60,000 nt of DNA from Amphiscolops sp. MND2022 (lineage: Eukaryota): contig OZ076413.1 in the NCBI GenBank assembly GCA_964187785.1, positions 44,208,001 through 44,268,000 of the forward strand, read 5' to 3'. Below the pieces are notes generated by a model that searched no databases, was not told the DNA's origin, and worked only from the letters and a program-made list of their open reading frames with translations. Positions 24,170 through 38,830 of the stretch are shown here, in pieces. A program made the translations under genes and the position numbers. Numbering within the stretch: the stretch's first letter is position 1; each line of letters opens with the position of its first letter.

Positions 24170-26908
24170 TAATTTTCCGTTCATATTTCACATAAAAAAA
24201 TGAAAATGTTCAAACAGAACGGTTTTTTTAATAACTTGCTTTTTTCTGAATTTATATCGAAATTAAACGGTTTCACCCAAAGAATTCAACTGACGTAAAA
24301 ATAGTATCATGCGATTTGTATTTGTAAAGATTTTTGGATTTTTTGGTTGACCCCAAAGACCGCAAAAAGACCCAAAAATGACCCCAAAATGACAAAACTG
24401 CAAAATTTTCCAAATTAACCGTTTTTATGCAAATTTTGTAGCATTTTCGATAGACTTCGCGGCTTAGCATGCTGAAAACGTTTAAAACGAAAAAAATTCG
24501 TTGTCGCAGAGGCATTTTCGAAAAAATAACTGCAAGTTCTCAATAAGAAATGCCTTAAATTGAGACCAAAATTGACAAAAATTTCAAAAAGTTCAGGTTG
24601 TTAACGTTTTAATGCATTTTCTCAATAGAATTGCTGACTTGGATCGGTGAAAACAAACACCAAGTTTGTCCGTGAGGCCTTTGTAAAAAATTGAACGCCG
24701 TTTTTCAAGAAAAAAGGCTCAAAAGGCGACCAAAATTGACAAAAGTTCCAACTTTTTGTAGATCAGAACGTTAAAAATGTTCAAAAACGAATGAATTCGT
24801 TCTCTAATAAGGTTGTTCAGTGAAATAAATTCAGTTAAGCAAGAAAAACTGCCACAATCACCCCAAAATAGCCGAAAAAGTCCAAACTTTTTTTTGATTT
24901 TCAAACGCAATTTCAGTGAAATTTTCAACGTTTTCATGGATTAGAACTCTACAACCGTTCAACAACAATTGAATTTGTTGCGCAGTAGGTTTTTCGAAGC
25001 GATAAAGGCAGTTTTTTGGTGGAAATAAATTTTAACTTGACAACAAAAAAGTCGAGAAGTCCAAAGTTTTCCAGTTCAGGTAGCTTTTAATGTATTTTGA
25101 ACACAAATTTCTGAGTTTTTGCGGGTTAAGAGACTCAAAACCTTAAAGGCGAAAAATTAGATCTGTAAAAACCTTTTTTGATGAAAACATTACGGTTTTA
25201 TACATCAGAAACACAAAACAACGCCAGTGTTTAGAAAACTCGGAAAAATTGAAAGTTTTAAACAGACTTCTAGCAGTCTGTGGAAATTTCGAAAAAAATT
25301 CGAGAAATAGAATAAAAGAATGGTTCGAAAACGATTTCAGTTGGTTTTCGTTGGAGGTATTTCCTGATTTGTGATTGGAAAATGTCTCGAAATGACCCGA
25401 AAAAGTCGAAATAAACAAAATTTTCCAATTTTTCACCTTTTCTGAGATTGTCTGAAATTTTCTGTGAGTTAAACAGTCGTAAAGCTCCAGACAATTTATC
25501 AAACTGTGCAATGCTCCTCTTTAAAGAAAACTGTGTACTTTTCTAGGTAGAGCCCTATCTCAGAATGACCCGAAGAATTCGAAAATCTGAAACTTTCCAG
25601 AAAGTCGAGTTTTGTTGGAGTTTCGTATATTTTATTTGTTTGAAGAATGAAAACATTCAACAGCGAAAAAACGTAAAATAGGGTATGTTTTTTGGAAGTC
25701 AATTGCAGTTTCATGTAGGGAAAGCACATCAGACTGACCCAAAAACTGGAAAATTCTCAGGTTTAGAACTTTTAGTCAATTTTTCTCTCGAAAATTTGAA
25801 AGATTCTGTAAATTACAACTTCGAAACTGTTCATCCACTTTTGAACAATATGTCCAGTAGTCTTTTTGAAAAAATAAATGCAACTTAAAATTAGAAGTAT
25901 GCCTCATTTTCACCACAATGGTTGAACAACAAAATTTTCAAGTTAGTAGTTTTTCATGCAATTTTTTTTCATCTTTTGAGGGTTTCTGTGACTGAGACGG
26001 TTGAACACACTCGAAAAAGAGCATATTGGTAATGCAGTATGCTTTTTGGAAGAGAGAGTTACAGGGTTTTGCTTTAAAAACACTTCAAAATGACATCGAT
26101 GAGTCAGGAATGAAAAAAATCCAATTTCAACGTTTCTTATGCGAAGTGTTTAAGTTTTTTTGCGACGTTTCCATTAATGGAAGAATGAAAACGTTGAGCT
26201 GAGAGCAAATGCAATATTCAAAGGCTTTTTTTCAGAATCAATTGGAGTTTCACGTTAGAGAAAAGCCTCAAAATAACGAAAAAGCAGTCGAAAAAAAGTT
26301 TGAGCTTTTTTGAATTTTTAGTGAACTATTATTTATTAAAAATTACCAAAGTTCCGTAACTTAGAAGTTTAGGAATACTCTAAATTTTTAGTTAAGCATG
26401 CAGAATGTTGTGTATTAAAAATGCGTCAAAACGAATTGAAATATTCAAAAAATCCGAAAGTTTCTTTTGAATTATTGATAAACTTTTCTGTAAACTTTTC
26501 TGTAAACTTTTCAAGCTATTTCGTAATTCAACAACGACTGAACCCTTTATCCACTAGCCGTTTTCGGAAAAACATCTGCAGTATCTTAGTATCTTAGAGA
26601 AGTGCGTAGGATGACCGCAAAACGGCTGAAAAATCAAAATTAAAAAATTGACGTTTTCAGTGACTTTCCCTGCAAAATTATAAAATATTGGTCGATTAGG
26701 TTTAAATATCCACACGGGCGGAGAACAAACAAATTGGTATTTAGTGTGGTCTTGAAGTGTTTCCTTTGAAATCGGATGACATGAAACTTTTTTCATCAAA
26801 CTTCTACACATTTTCATAGTGCACTGGGTACTCTTGAGCCTCAAAATTATGTCGTTGCTAGAACAGTTTGGGCGGAAAATATCCTGCTGGTCAGTAGGCG
26901 TCTTTGTT
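24170..26908 (+). mobile_element. Long DINE-1/HINE-like element (~2.7 kb), inverted relative to 19877-22393
   Basis: Starts AATTTTCCGTTCATATTTCAC and ends GGGCGGAAAATATCCTGCTGGTCAGTAGGCGTCTTTGTT. Interior colinear with 42399-44669. Confidence 0.75.
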
Positions 26909-29900
26909 CAGTTTCGTTGTAGCAGATCAATAATATTTGCATTCGATTTTTAAAAATCGAGTTGCCAATTCAATAGAAGTTTTCTACAATTACAGCTCTG
27001 AGGGTTTTTTCAACTCTATACGCTTTCCAGTTGAAATGATCAGCGAAAAATACTGAATTAAGTTCATCTTGCAGGCATATTTTGTTTTCTGAATTAAAGC
27101 GCTAAAATCATCACAATGGATTCATTCCGTCCATGGATGATTATTACATTGGAACAAAAAAACAAATTAATTTTGGTATTGTTGACACAAAGCAATCATT
27201 TCATGAAAATCCACTTTTAAAAATCGAGTTTAATTGCTATTTTAGCTAACTGTTCGTAACTGCCTGCAGTAATGGGTGAAATTATCTTTTCGAGCGAATA
27301 ACCTTTAAAACGATACAAATTGCTGGGGGAAAAGTTAGCAATACTAAAACCTCTGTAGCTCAAAGCACTTCAGAAAGATTTTAATTATCTCATGAATTTT
27401 CACTTCTAATCAATGCAAGATCCAAAGATTCACCTTTGCATGGCTTTAAAAAGGTTTGGGACGAAAAAATGCTGATACTCGCGATAATCAATGTGAAAAT
27501 CTTTTATTTATTTACGTTTTTGGTATTTTTTGATATAGTTTGTGGTTACATAATTGAGATTGACGTGGACAATGGACATTTAGGTCACGAAAGATGAAAT
27601 TCAGCATGAAAAAGCGTATCATTCAAATGTCAATCAGTTAATTGTCCATTTCAATGCCATCAGTTACTCGTTTCTCATTTGAAATTGAATTTCAATACCT
27701 AGGAAAGTGGACCAAAATAGACAGTTGAGAATTCAAATAAATTGAAAATGTGGAACTAAATAATTGAATCTTGGAATAATGCCAATTAAATGCCGCTGTT
27801 ACAACAACCAGCTAATGATACAATTTCCATTTTCCTGATTTTCTGTCACCGAAGGGAACTAAAATGCAAATTTTCAATTTTGCTGTGATGAAAAAATTGT
27901 CATTGAACTTATTCCCAAAATGAGTAGAAAAATTCTCAAGATACGAAGTGTACTGCAGTTTTCTGAAGAGATAAATTTGTTCAATCGGTTGAATTGGATC
28001 AGATAAACACGTCTGTACTACAGTCATGTGATGTGAGAATGGAAGCTTCACAAAACGGAGTTGCGAAAACTGAAAAATTCAAGTTCGGTCGCTGAAATCT
28101 CGATATTGATCATCTCTTTCGTTTGTTTCTTTTTGCCTTTTCGAAAAAAAGCGAAGTTACTGTTGAGGTTGACAATCAAGAGCAATTAGATATTTTTTTG
28201 TAAATCTGGAAAACTTCTGATGAATTCAGTTTTTTCAATACAGATGTCAAAAATTAGACAGTTTTTTACTTTTTTCATTTAATTCGAAGCATTTCCTCTT
28301 TTTTAGTCGGCGTATTATTTGAAAAAATGCACCACTCTTGCAACAGCTTGTTCTTTTCTCCAAGTTCACAGTGAAGCGTCCACTTTTATGAATGAAAATT
28401 TTCAGCATCGTTTTGCCATACCTTATATTTATACTCAACTCTTCAAATATCTTTGGTACGCAAGTTGGAAAGTTCCTAAGTAACTTGAAGTATCAAGTAC
28501 TCTCTCTTTTTTGAGCTTCGAGAGGTCGCCGAATTATGCCGTTCTATGTTGTTTTCTATCACACTATTTCGGTTTTGACGAAAACATTGATTGAATAATC
28601 TCTCTAGCTCGGGTACAAATGTTAAAATTGATTGATAGCATTAGCAGTATTTTACGATACGGATAAACTCCGTCTCAGACATAAATTTTTGTCTCATATC
28701 AGGCAGTAATATGACATAATGACTACCAACGGACATCATAAACACGTTCGACCGAAAAGTATCAAATTGCTTTTACAACTTTTGCTAAATGCCACCTAGC
28801 TTGGATATAAAGACATGTTTAATAACAAGTTTTCGCATGCCCTTACCCTATGATGTCGCCTATAAAAAGCATTAGAGCGAATCTGAGACAAATTGAGAGA
28901 TAGAGAACAAAATTAAAACCCAAAAACGCATAATAATTTTGTTACACGGTTCATCCGTCATGATCTTTACCGAGTTTCGGTTTTCAAGCAGTATCCTTGG
29001 TAAACATTAAATCTCAATTTTTACACTCATTTAAATGAAATTTTTCCAAAACTGTTACCGACGAAAAATAATTGCGAAGAATTTATATTTCTGGATACGC
29101 AAAAAAAAATGTATAAAATGTCTTCAAAATACCGGAATCACTCCTAGTTTGGAAGAAATCAAACTCAAAAGTAAAGAGTGTTGTTTGTTTTCCAATGTAC
29201 ATCAACAATGTGTTTCAGATGTCGGTTCTTTTATACTAAGAATGACGTTTGAGATGACATGGATCATGTGTTCAATTCCCAACACCAAAGCGGCCGAAGG
29301 GGGAAATAAGACACAAGGGTCAAATACCATTATGTCGACATGGTTGAAGTTAGAATTTTGGTTCAAAAAAATAATTGATGTCGGCACAATCTTATTGCGT
29401 CAACATAATCCTAGTAGAAAATTTGCGTTGAAAAAGGGGCCATTTTATACAATTTTAGCTTGTTCCAAACGTGGATTTCTGCTATTTTGGACAATATTTT
29501 CAAAAAATTAGGGTATTTTTTTAGCCTGAAGTGTCAAAACAGTTGTAGAGACAATCTTCTAAGTATTTACATTCACATAATATTCTCTTATTAGTGAAAT
29601 ACTTTTATTCGGGAGCAAAATGTGCTTTCGTGTTGGGGGGGGGGATTCGGAACAAGGTGTACAATTGGTCCGACGGCATTACTAAAATCACGCTTCTAGA
29701 GATATAATTCTTTCTAGAGATTGCATTTTCGGGTTCTTCAACATTTAAGAAACGAAACACCGTATCTATGTAGCTGTCTCAATTCAGTCAATACTAAATT
29801 GACAAAGCTGGGACAACTGAAGCAAAATTTCTGCATTAACATTGAAAAAAAATCTGAATAAAAAGTCTGGAACCGCTCTTCTCATAGTAAGTGAGAATAG

Positions 29901-32900
29901 CGATTAGCGTAATTGATAATTCGGTGATGTTCAATGGAGAGAACTCGACGAAAGTTTTTTGGACAGTCGAAGCATGCAAAAATCTTGAAAGTTTGATTCT
30001 TTCCTTGCATATCTTTCACAATTTTATTTCTTTCTTGCTAGAATCTTTTTTCTCGTTTTTTTTTCATTCACGAAATATGGACTCATAAAATTATTTCAGA
30101 AACCATTTGAAATCATTGTCGACATTTCGTATTCCGAGTCTCTTGAAAAGGTTTACTCTAAACGTGAATTTTCAGTTGGTTATTCAACCGAGGTATCACA
30201 ATTCACCATCGAGAGGCTAAAAATTGATTAATTCAGGTCCATTCATTTCATGATCAAGCAGAACAGTACATCATTTCATATTACATCATTGATGACACTC
30301 ATTATTTCATCATCAACGTTGGCTGCATTTCATAGGTGGGGAGACGTTTTGAAATCGGTCAAACCATGGAGGGAAGTGGTCACTTATAAGAGAAGAGAAT
30401 TGTTAGGTAGACTTATAACTAGTTATAACTAGACACTGATGTGAGTATTGGAAGATTGGCAGCCGTGTGGCCATTGAGTACTCCCGTGGCTGTAGCTGTG
30501 ACCACCAACGGCTGATGGCGCGTGACAAAAGAAATCGGCCATTCTTACATCTTTTGTGTTTGGGAAGAGCCCAAAGTAAAGACAATGCTTTAACACCTGC
30601 CAAGAGCTCCCTTGAGCTAAATAGTATAAAAGCACCCCCTTACCCTCACTTTCCTTACCCCTTACAATCTACCCCCCTTCCCGCGCCTCTCTCCGACTTT
30701 CCCTACTACCCCCTGTGACCCCCGTACAGTGCCCCTTTAAATACAAGTACATGTCATCCTTTCCACGCGGACAATAAAACAAGATACCTGTCCTTCAAAA
30801 AAGTAGCGGTGAAAACGGCGGAAAATTGGAGCAATTTGAAAACAATTGAAGCATGCACTGTTTGAAAAGGGAGCAGCCTTCAATGAAAACTAGCCGTTGT
30901 TGGACTGTGAAGTGAGACAATACCTTTTAAGGCAGACCACGTCCAACAATTTCCCATATTCAATTGAGGTGACCACAGGTCTGTAAGTAAAAATGATGGT
31001 TGGGGAGTTGTTACTTCTTCCAATGGGGATGGAAAAGCGTTGGAACTGGTAAAAGACAGCAGCATCTATGGAATACTGACCATTGTTGTGAGTGTATCAA
31101 ATACCTGCTACTCTTGAGCAATTCAATTGATATAAATGCGTGACCAAATCGACGACAATTAATTGTCTTGTCCTATTTTTGGCTATTGTTGTTCCAAAAT
31201 TTCTACCATCCAACCAAATGGCCATAGCTGGAAACCATTTTACCACGTAGCATTTCCACTGTTGTATACAAGCCAATGGGCCACTGAAGTCTAAGAGGCA
31301 ATTTGTGAAAGGTTTCGAGGGTCCATTCATCCATTCCTACAAAAATCACCCAACAAAGAAAAAATTATCACCGCAGAATTAGATGGTCAATGAACTGATG
31401 GTCATTCAAACATTTGAAGAGCGCCATCTTCGAATCAACAAAGGACGATTGAGACAAGATTCGATCCTCGTTTTTGAAGTTTGCAGCGTTTTAATTGAAT
31501 GAGGCGAATTTTTTGATGTTTTGTCCAGTTCATGCGAGGTTACCTGAGGCGTTTAATAATTTTGAATCGGCAATCGACTTTCGATGAAAATGAATAACGC
31601 ATTTTATGTGAAAATGAAAATATGCTATAGCGTTGGACTACAAGCCTTAAACTATAAGTTTACATTTTTTTTCAAACAGTCCAAGGTCAGAAGTGAAATT
31701 ATACAATAAAAAATGAAATGAAAACATGAATTTTAAAGACAGGTAATGCAAATTTGGTCTAACAGATTTAAAAATCAGCTGTTCTTCGAAACTCGAAATA
31801 TTCAATAAAGGAATTAAATTCTCAGACTGCAATAAACAAAACTAATCCTTTTTCTTCCCCAATCCGGCAACAATGGCCCAGGCTTATAAATCCAGAAATT
31901 CGAGTTGGAATCACTTTGACGCAGCCAGAAGCACAAACGTTCCAAACAGTCAAAACTTATTTTTGAAACCAAAATAGAATTTGCTGTTTACGTCAGCACC
32001 ATTTTAATTCAATTCAGATGAAAAGTGTCAAAAATATTTCACCGAATTGCTCGCGATACAAAACAAAAACCAATTTTAACCATTTCCCAGTTACAAAGGA
32101 TTTTTTTAACTTTTAGAAATATCTGCGCTTTTTTCACAGGTATTCAATGTTTGATTTTTTCCGGGAAACGCTTCAAAATCCAATTTTGAATGTTCCTTTG
32201 AAGCCATGATACAGATACCTACTACCCAGTCTTTGAACAGATGTATTTCTGTTGATAAAACAATATTAAATTGAGTTATAATGGTTATCACGAAAACTAG
32301 GGAGTCAAAACAAAGGCTCGAATCCAATTCATACACTGAGTTTATTTTTCGACATCTTCAGACTATCGAAAAAAATCGAGAGGTTAATTTTATTTACTTC
32401 CTAAAAACTTTCCAAAATTTAAATTCAGAAGTCGATCAAACAATTTTTTGAAAAACTTTGCGTAAGTATATGCTCTCGATTATGATTTTTTTTCAAATGA
32501 GAACTGTTTCTTAATGAAACTTGCAAAACTTCAAGGCCTAAAATTCCCGCCAAAACTTTAATGAATTTTTCAAGCAGCTTGATAAAAGCCGAGGACAACG
32601 AAAATAATTTCGAACGCAAATTTCCGTAAGAGTTTTAGAAAATCATGATAAAGTTGCTGGCAACATTATAATGCATGCAAAAAGTTCTAGCAATATCAAC
32701 AAGGGTACTTTTAAATAAGGAATTAAGTGGTTTTATTATACATATCAGATTTTTGTGGGATCATATATGATGTTTGCATTGGTGCTGCTGTTTATGCCAG
32801 AAAGAGAAAAAAATGTTTTCAAGACAATGATAAAATGAACGCTTTTGCGGAGGTTGGTCCCCGCTTTGATGCGCTAAATTGGCACGTTCTGCTAATTGTC

Positions 32901-35083
32901 TCAAACTGTATTTTGTCTCGGAGTGCATGCATTTTCTATGTATTTTGTAGACTTTGTCGCGATTCCAATTACGACGCAGAGATCATGCATGCAATCAATT
33001 CCCGCTTACTTTGTTGCAGCAAGTAGGAAAAGTCTACATTTTGCATGATGATAATGGATGATGTTACCCTTCGTCAACATGAAAACAGAAGAGTTTTCAT
33101 GCTTGTTACAAGAATAATTTTTGAACAAAATTGACTGAAACTATATTTCTAAGGTAAGATTAAAGGCACTTTGGGCATAACGGCTGACACGTTCAATTGT
33201 TGAGTCCAGAATGGAAACGAAAAATCATACGTCAAATTGCAAAACACTGAATTAAAATATGTTATTCTTCATCGTTGAACCACTAGTTTCATTTCGTCCA
33301 TTTATAGAAAGATTTTTATTGGTGTTTAAAAACATCACTAGTATCGAAGAAAATAAAATCAGGGGTTTCCATCCAGGATCATCCATGGATATCTTTTCTT
33401 CCCGTGAACCATGGATGGAACCATGACCTGTAAGCCTAGGCATTCGAGAAAACTGGGTTATTTGTTGTTTTCTCACACGCTACCATATTTTTCGGGATAA
33501 TTTCAACCAAAGTTGCACTCAAAGCATATATGCTCTAAAAGAATTATGAAATACATTCTTTATAAAGAATTCATTTCGTAATTCTTTTAGAATTCCGATT
33601 CAGGATCCAGGCACTTTTTCTTCTCACGGAGAATTTATTCATGGAATTAACCGTTTAATTTCTCTCTCGAGTCACAAAAACTTAATTTTCAACAATCACA
33701 ATCAGAAGGCGTCAAAAATGATACGAGCATTTCAATTGGAGTCATCTTCCTGTAATGGAAAAAAAAGATATCACAATTGAAACAGCCAGTCCGCAAAAGT
33801 TTTGAAGTTATTTTTAAATTTTGGCAGTGGGGGCAGAAAAGCCAAAAACTATGTATGTAGTAAGTACTGTGAAATTGTTTCTGCTTCAAATCGCAAAAAA
33901 AGGCGTCTCCCTTAGTCGTTAAATTTTATGGGCATCGTTTCCTAAATATTTTTAGAAACCTTGTACAAAACCTTCCCGCTTCAAGCCTCCATTGTGAAAA
34001 TGATAAAAGAACTATTTTCCCATTTAGTGCGAATATAAACATCTTTTCAACCCTTTATTCCTAATTGCTTAATAATTAATTGAGTTTTGTGTTCTTCAAT
34101 CAAAGGAAACGTAAATTTGTTTCCTTAAACGCAAAAGTATGAAATTGTCGTGTTCAAAGAGCTGCAGTAACTCGCGACACTTTTTGAATTATGTTTTCAC
34201 ACCTTTTGGTTAACAGAATATTTTTTCACGTCTCACGGTTATTAGATGCCAACTCTATGTATTGAACACAAATTTTGTTCACAACTTTAGTTCATCTTTC
34301 TTCGTGTTCACTTTTGAATCCTCGACAAAAGATTGAAAATGTCAAATGCTCACGAAACAAATCAAATTTTCATTCCAGAGAAGGAAATGGCAAAACTTAA
34401 ATTAAATTTCCTACAATCTAGAATTTGAAGATTGTTAGTCTTGCATTAATATTTCCAGTCTTTTATGTTGGCGAGAAAATTGACAGCTTTGAATATTCCG
34501 CCCAGTAAAAAAGAAAGAATCAATTGAGTAAATAAATTGAAAGGAATAAACTTTTCTTTAAAACGCCAGTTACTGCAGATACGAAAACACAATCATAACG
34601 AACTTATAACGAACAAGTTCAATTAAATACGTTTGTAGAAATGTCAGAGATCAATATGGTCAAAACCAGCGAATTGCAAATTAGAATTTCCCGATTGAGA
34701 CGCCGATATTCGCAAAAGTTTCCACATGGCCAGAAAGGCTTTCAAGTGATGAGCTTTAAAAGGGATGTAATTTCACTTGCTCATCGAGATCGAATTATCT
34801 TCTGAAGTCTCGTGTTCCTTGCTCAGTTCATTTTTAGAACCCAGGAAAAATTCACTAATCTCAAGAAAAATAACATGATAGTTTTATCTAGAGAAGAAAC
34901 ATCAACAATTATTAGAACTTAGTTAAGATTTTCAGTGCTTCAAAAAGTTTCCGCACTTGTGTTTACAATCAACGAATGATTTACAATAGAATGGCACAAT
35001 TTTTTAGCAATGACCAACGAAACCTTCCAACCAAGTTTTGTGCATTGCAATCACCTTTGATTTATTTTTGTGAATCAAAACAA

Positions 35084-36068
35084 CCCGGGTTGAACCTCCG
35101 AGGATATCTTAGTAAGATCTTGGCAAGATCTTGGAACAATCTTAGCTAAGATCTTGACAAGATATTGCCATGGCATTCGTTTTGCCATTTTAAGATCTTA
35201 TCAAGAGATCTATGTTCCCAAGAAAAATTTCATTGTAGAATCCTATTTGGCCAAAAAAATCTGAAAGGAAGTCAATAAAAATCAACATCTATCCAGATTC
35301 ATACTGTTAGACATGACAACTTTCTGTTACCAAGGTAAAAAATTTGATTGAAGAGTCCTTATGCTGTTCATTAAGGGAAGCACTGATTAAATTGTTCTAT
35401 CAATTGCAAAAGCGTCGCCATCAACGGCGTCAGAAAAACCTTGAGCTGGATCATTGGCCAAACCGGGTCAGTGACCGCCGTTTTCAGCAATAAGGCCGCA
35501 AAAACAGGCTCAAAGAAAACCTGGTGATATGAATTTTTAAAAATTTCCGGATTTCTAATGTTTCCCTGTGTAACTTTCCGATAGTGCTCTGGACGTTTGA
35601 GAGCATTTTTCTCCATCGCTGGAATCAACAGGAGTGATCAGTTACAAGTTTTCAAAAGCCCTTGAAATGAGCTTTCATTTGGTACATTCGCGTTTCTCAG
35701 TCTTGAACAGGAGAGGAGTTAAGGATTCTCGTCAGAATTTCGGAAGCAGAATACGTTATCGTAATTTTTCGCGGAAAGTTGTTTCAGCAGGTTGAAGCAT
35801 TTTGATAATTAAAACGAGTAGCAATAGTAGTTTTTGGGTGAAATGAACCTTTAGATTGAGTCTCGGCTGCTTGTACCGAAGGTATAGTGTTTTTTTATAA
35901 TCTTAGATTTTTGTCCATCGTGGTAAGATACAATCTTGGAATAATGTATTATCTTAGTATGATCTTAATAAGAATCTTGTCACGGGTTCCATGGTTGTCA
36001 AGATGTAGTAAGATATTGGTAAGAACTTGCCAAGACAGCCAAGATGGTAGTAAGAGCGTCAACCCGGG
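35084..36068. mobile_element. Non-autonomous TIR DNA transposon, CACTA/EnSpm-like (CCC...GGG ends, 2-bp TSD)
   Basis: AA|CCCGGGTTGA...TCAACCCGGG|AA with subterminal AAGATCTTG-type repeats at both ends. Second copy at 59582. Confidence 0.75.
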
Positions 36069-38744
36069 AACTCAATATTTTGAAGGTACGAAAAAAATTT
36101 TAATCAGAAAACATCCGTTGTCTGCAGTTTCGATGCAAATTTATTTGGATGGGATAAAACAAAGCATAACATTACAATTGGTGTTACACTTTTACTCTTC
36201 AAAATGGACGAAAAACGAACATCCCATATGGAAATTGCTTCAGTTTTCTGCATGCACTTTAACGTTGCCAGCAACTTTTATTCTGATTTTCTAAAACTCT
36301 TACGAAACCTTTCATGCGAATATAATACTTCCCTGTTGTATCCGACTTTTATCAAGCTGGTTGAAAGAAGTATACTAAATTTGGCGACCGTTTCAGACTT
36401 TGAAGTTTCGCATGTTTCGTTAAGTTACCAAAACAGTTCTGATTTTGAATGCAACCAAGTTGTTGTCAGTTTTACCGCCACTTTAATGCAAAAAAACTCA
36501 AGTCCCGTAATAAACTGCAAATTTGTGTCATGTTCAACGTCTCATTTGAGAAACAGTGATCACATCAGATGAGTAGTTGAGACAACAAAGTATGAAAACG
36601 AAGTGATCGTGTCGGTAATGAAGGGGGGTTTATTTCCGTTTTCAAATTTAATTGTAGTAGTCGAAAATGCAGTGTAATTCTACAAGATTCACCACCGGAA
36701 CCTTACTTAATTTTCTTAGACTGTTTCATAAACAGTAACCCTGTGTGTAGACCTATAGCATGTAAAAAGTTCCAGCACTCTGAACTAGGGTTGGAAAATG
36801 TCACAGTATCAATGCATCGCCGTTGAATCAATAAGTCCAAGTCCTTGACTATGTAATCTTCTGGACTTTTCTACTGTCTACCGGTTCCACTCAGATGTCA
36901 ATAATTTTCAAAAATTCACCCAATGCTTGCGTTCAACACCCTATTTTGTTATCTCAGTTAATGAAACTCTGTTTTCATAGATAAGACTGATGAAAAAGGC
37001 CACATACCTTGTAAGGCAAACCTTCGCCAGATAAAGACGTTATTGATATGAGTCATCAATACCGAATATTTTGCACGATTTCGGGTGACGTTTCAGAATA
37101 ACTAAATGGAAACGATAACTCAATTCAATTCAATTTATAAACGTATAAAATGGTAAAACTTGTTTCCATAAAAGAAGTGAAACAAAATGTTTACGCACTT
37201 TTATTGAAGATTTGTTGTTCAATTCAATGTGAAGGAGATTTACATTCAAGTACTACCAAGCAATGTACTTTGAAGGACTATACGTTCACAGTGAAAAAGA
37301 AATGATGTAAATGAACGTACGTATCTTTGGACAGTGAGACTGAATATTCTCAATAGAACAAAAAACTTGTAGTCGGACAAGAAAGTTTTCACGTTGGTAC
37401 TTGTCCCTAGACAACCTCAAAGATACTGAAATATTCAAATTTAGGCCACTCGATAGTTTTAAGCCTTGCTCCAGCGTTTTGGTTCAAAACTATCGTACAG
37501 CTTTTTGTATGTTCAATACTGGTTCTCTCAGGAAAAATGCATTATTGAATGATGTCAAAACATTTTCTTTCCTGTATCTAGAACAGCCCTTGAAACAAAA
37601 TTTTCCCGCAAAAACACAAAATACTTGGAAACTTCAATCATTTCATTCCGCTGCCAAAATATCAATCCTAATTTATGTTTTCAAAGCATCAATACTTGAA
37701 AAGAACGTAACACGAAGCGTTTGAGACTCAACAAAAAGGTATGGTAAACGAGACAATTTAATAAATTGGGGATGAACAGAAATATTTGTTCAAACTGAGT
37801 TCAAACCGATGTTCTCAGCTGCTCCAGATTTTTCAGGAAATCTCAACAAGGAAGTTGATAAAGTATTTAAGATGCTCAGTTTTCACCAAATCGTTGCTGA
37901 AATGAAATCAACTGAGAATTTATGCAGATATGCAAGTTCTTGTTTTCGAAAAAAATACCCACAGTGGTATGAATTGTGATACGTTGGTGTTTTTGCTGAT
38001 GTGGATGTAAAATTCATGAAATACCCGCCATGCCATTTTAATTTCATTGATGTGTACAAGTTTTTCCATTCTAAATCACATTCAACGGCTTCTAAATCTC
38101 ATAAACGAAGATAAAATAGACAAATTGAAGAAATTCAAATGAAATATATGGCGGGATTGTTGATAAATAACACAAAAGCTCAGCAGACGTTGGGATATTT
38201 TTATTCCTCACAGCTTTACATGGCTTCACTTTTTCCGTTTTCTTATAATTTACACCAATGTCAGATTTACGAAAGACATATATTCAAATCAAGGTGGTTT
38301 GTGGCCTTTTTTGCAAGACATATGGATAAAAATTCCTTTACGGGTCTATTGACCAGTAAACACTTCTGTTTTTTTCATATTCTATGTTAGAATTTTTGAA
38401 AATATTTTCAAAATTATTGAAGTGAAAAATTTGCTTTAGTTTGATATCAATTTCCCATCTTTTGAAAATTGGAAATAAAACGGATTGGGTAATGTAATAT
38501 AAAAAATATAACTGAAGCTGGAAAACTGGTGACTGAGCAAAATTTCTGCGTTTGAGAAGAAGGGAATTCCTTTCCTTTATTACCGGCGGTAGTTCTGCTT
38601 TTTCAAATCGGTGGCCTTCAAGATTTCTTACACCCCATAGCAAGCTATGGGTACCCTATTTGCTATCAACCTGTCAAGCAACAATAACCTTGAAGCTGTG
38701 TTTTCAAAGTGAATTGCTCAATGTCAAACATGTCTGATTGATTA

Positions 38745-38830
38745 CTGCTGCTCTTTTTGTTTTTCTCTGCTTTACGCGTTGCGTTATTTTTTGTCATGGC
38801 CATACTAGTATAGTAAGGATGAAGGGCCAC
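38745..38830 (-). mobile_element. SINE fragment
   Basis: TGCTCTTTTTGTTTTT...TGCGTTATTTTTTGTCATGGCCATAC...GGATGAAGG matches 22760-22840. Confidence 0.6.

Noticed and set aside
29035..29511. 158-aa ORF
   Set aside because: Composition typical of AT-rich non-coding DNA and no motif recognised.
30250..31450. GC-richer region with possible small minus-strand exons
   Set aside because: Splice-like signals exist, but I could not assemble a consistent frame or recognise a protein.
33360..33430. Small imperfect inverted repeat (TTCCATCCA/TGGATGGAA)
   Set aside because: Too short and degenerate to define; probably a MITE remnant.
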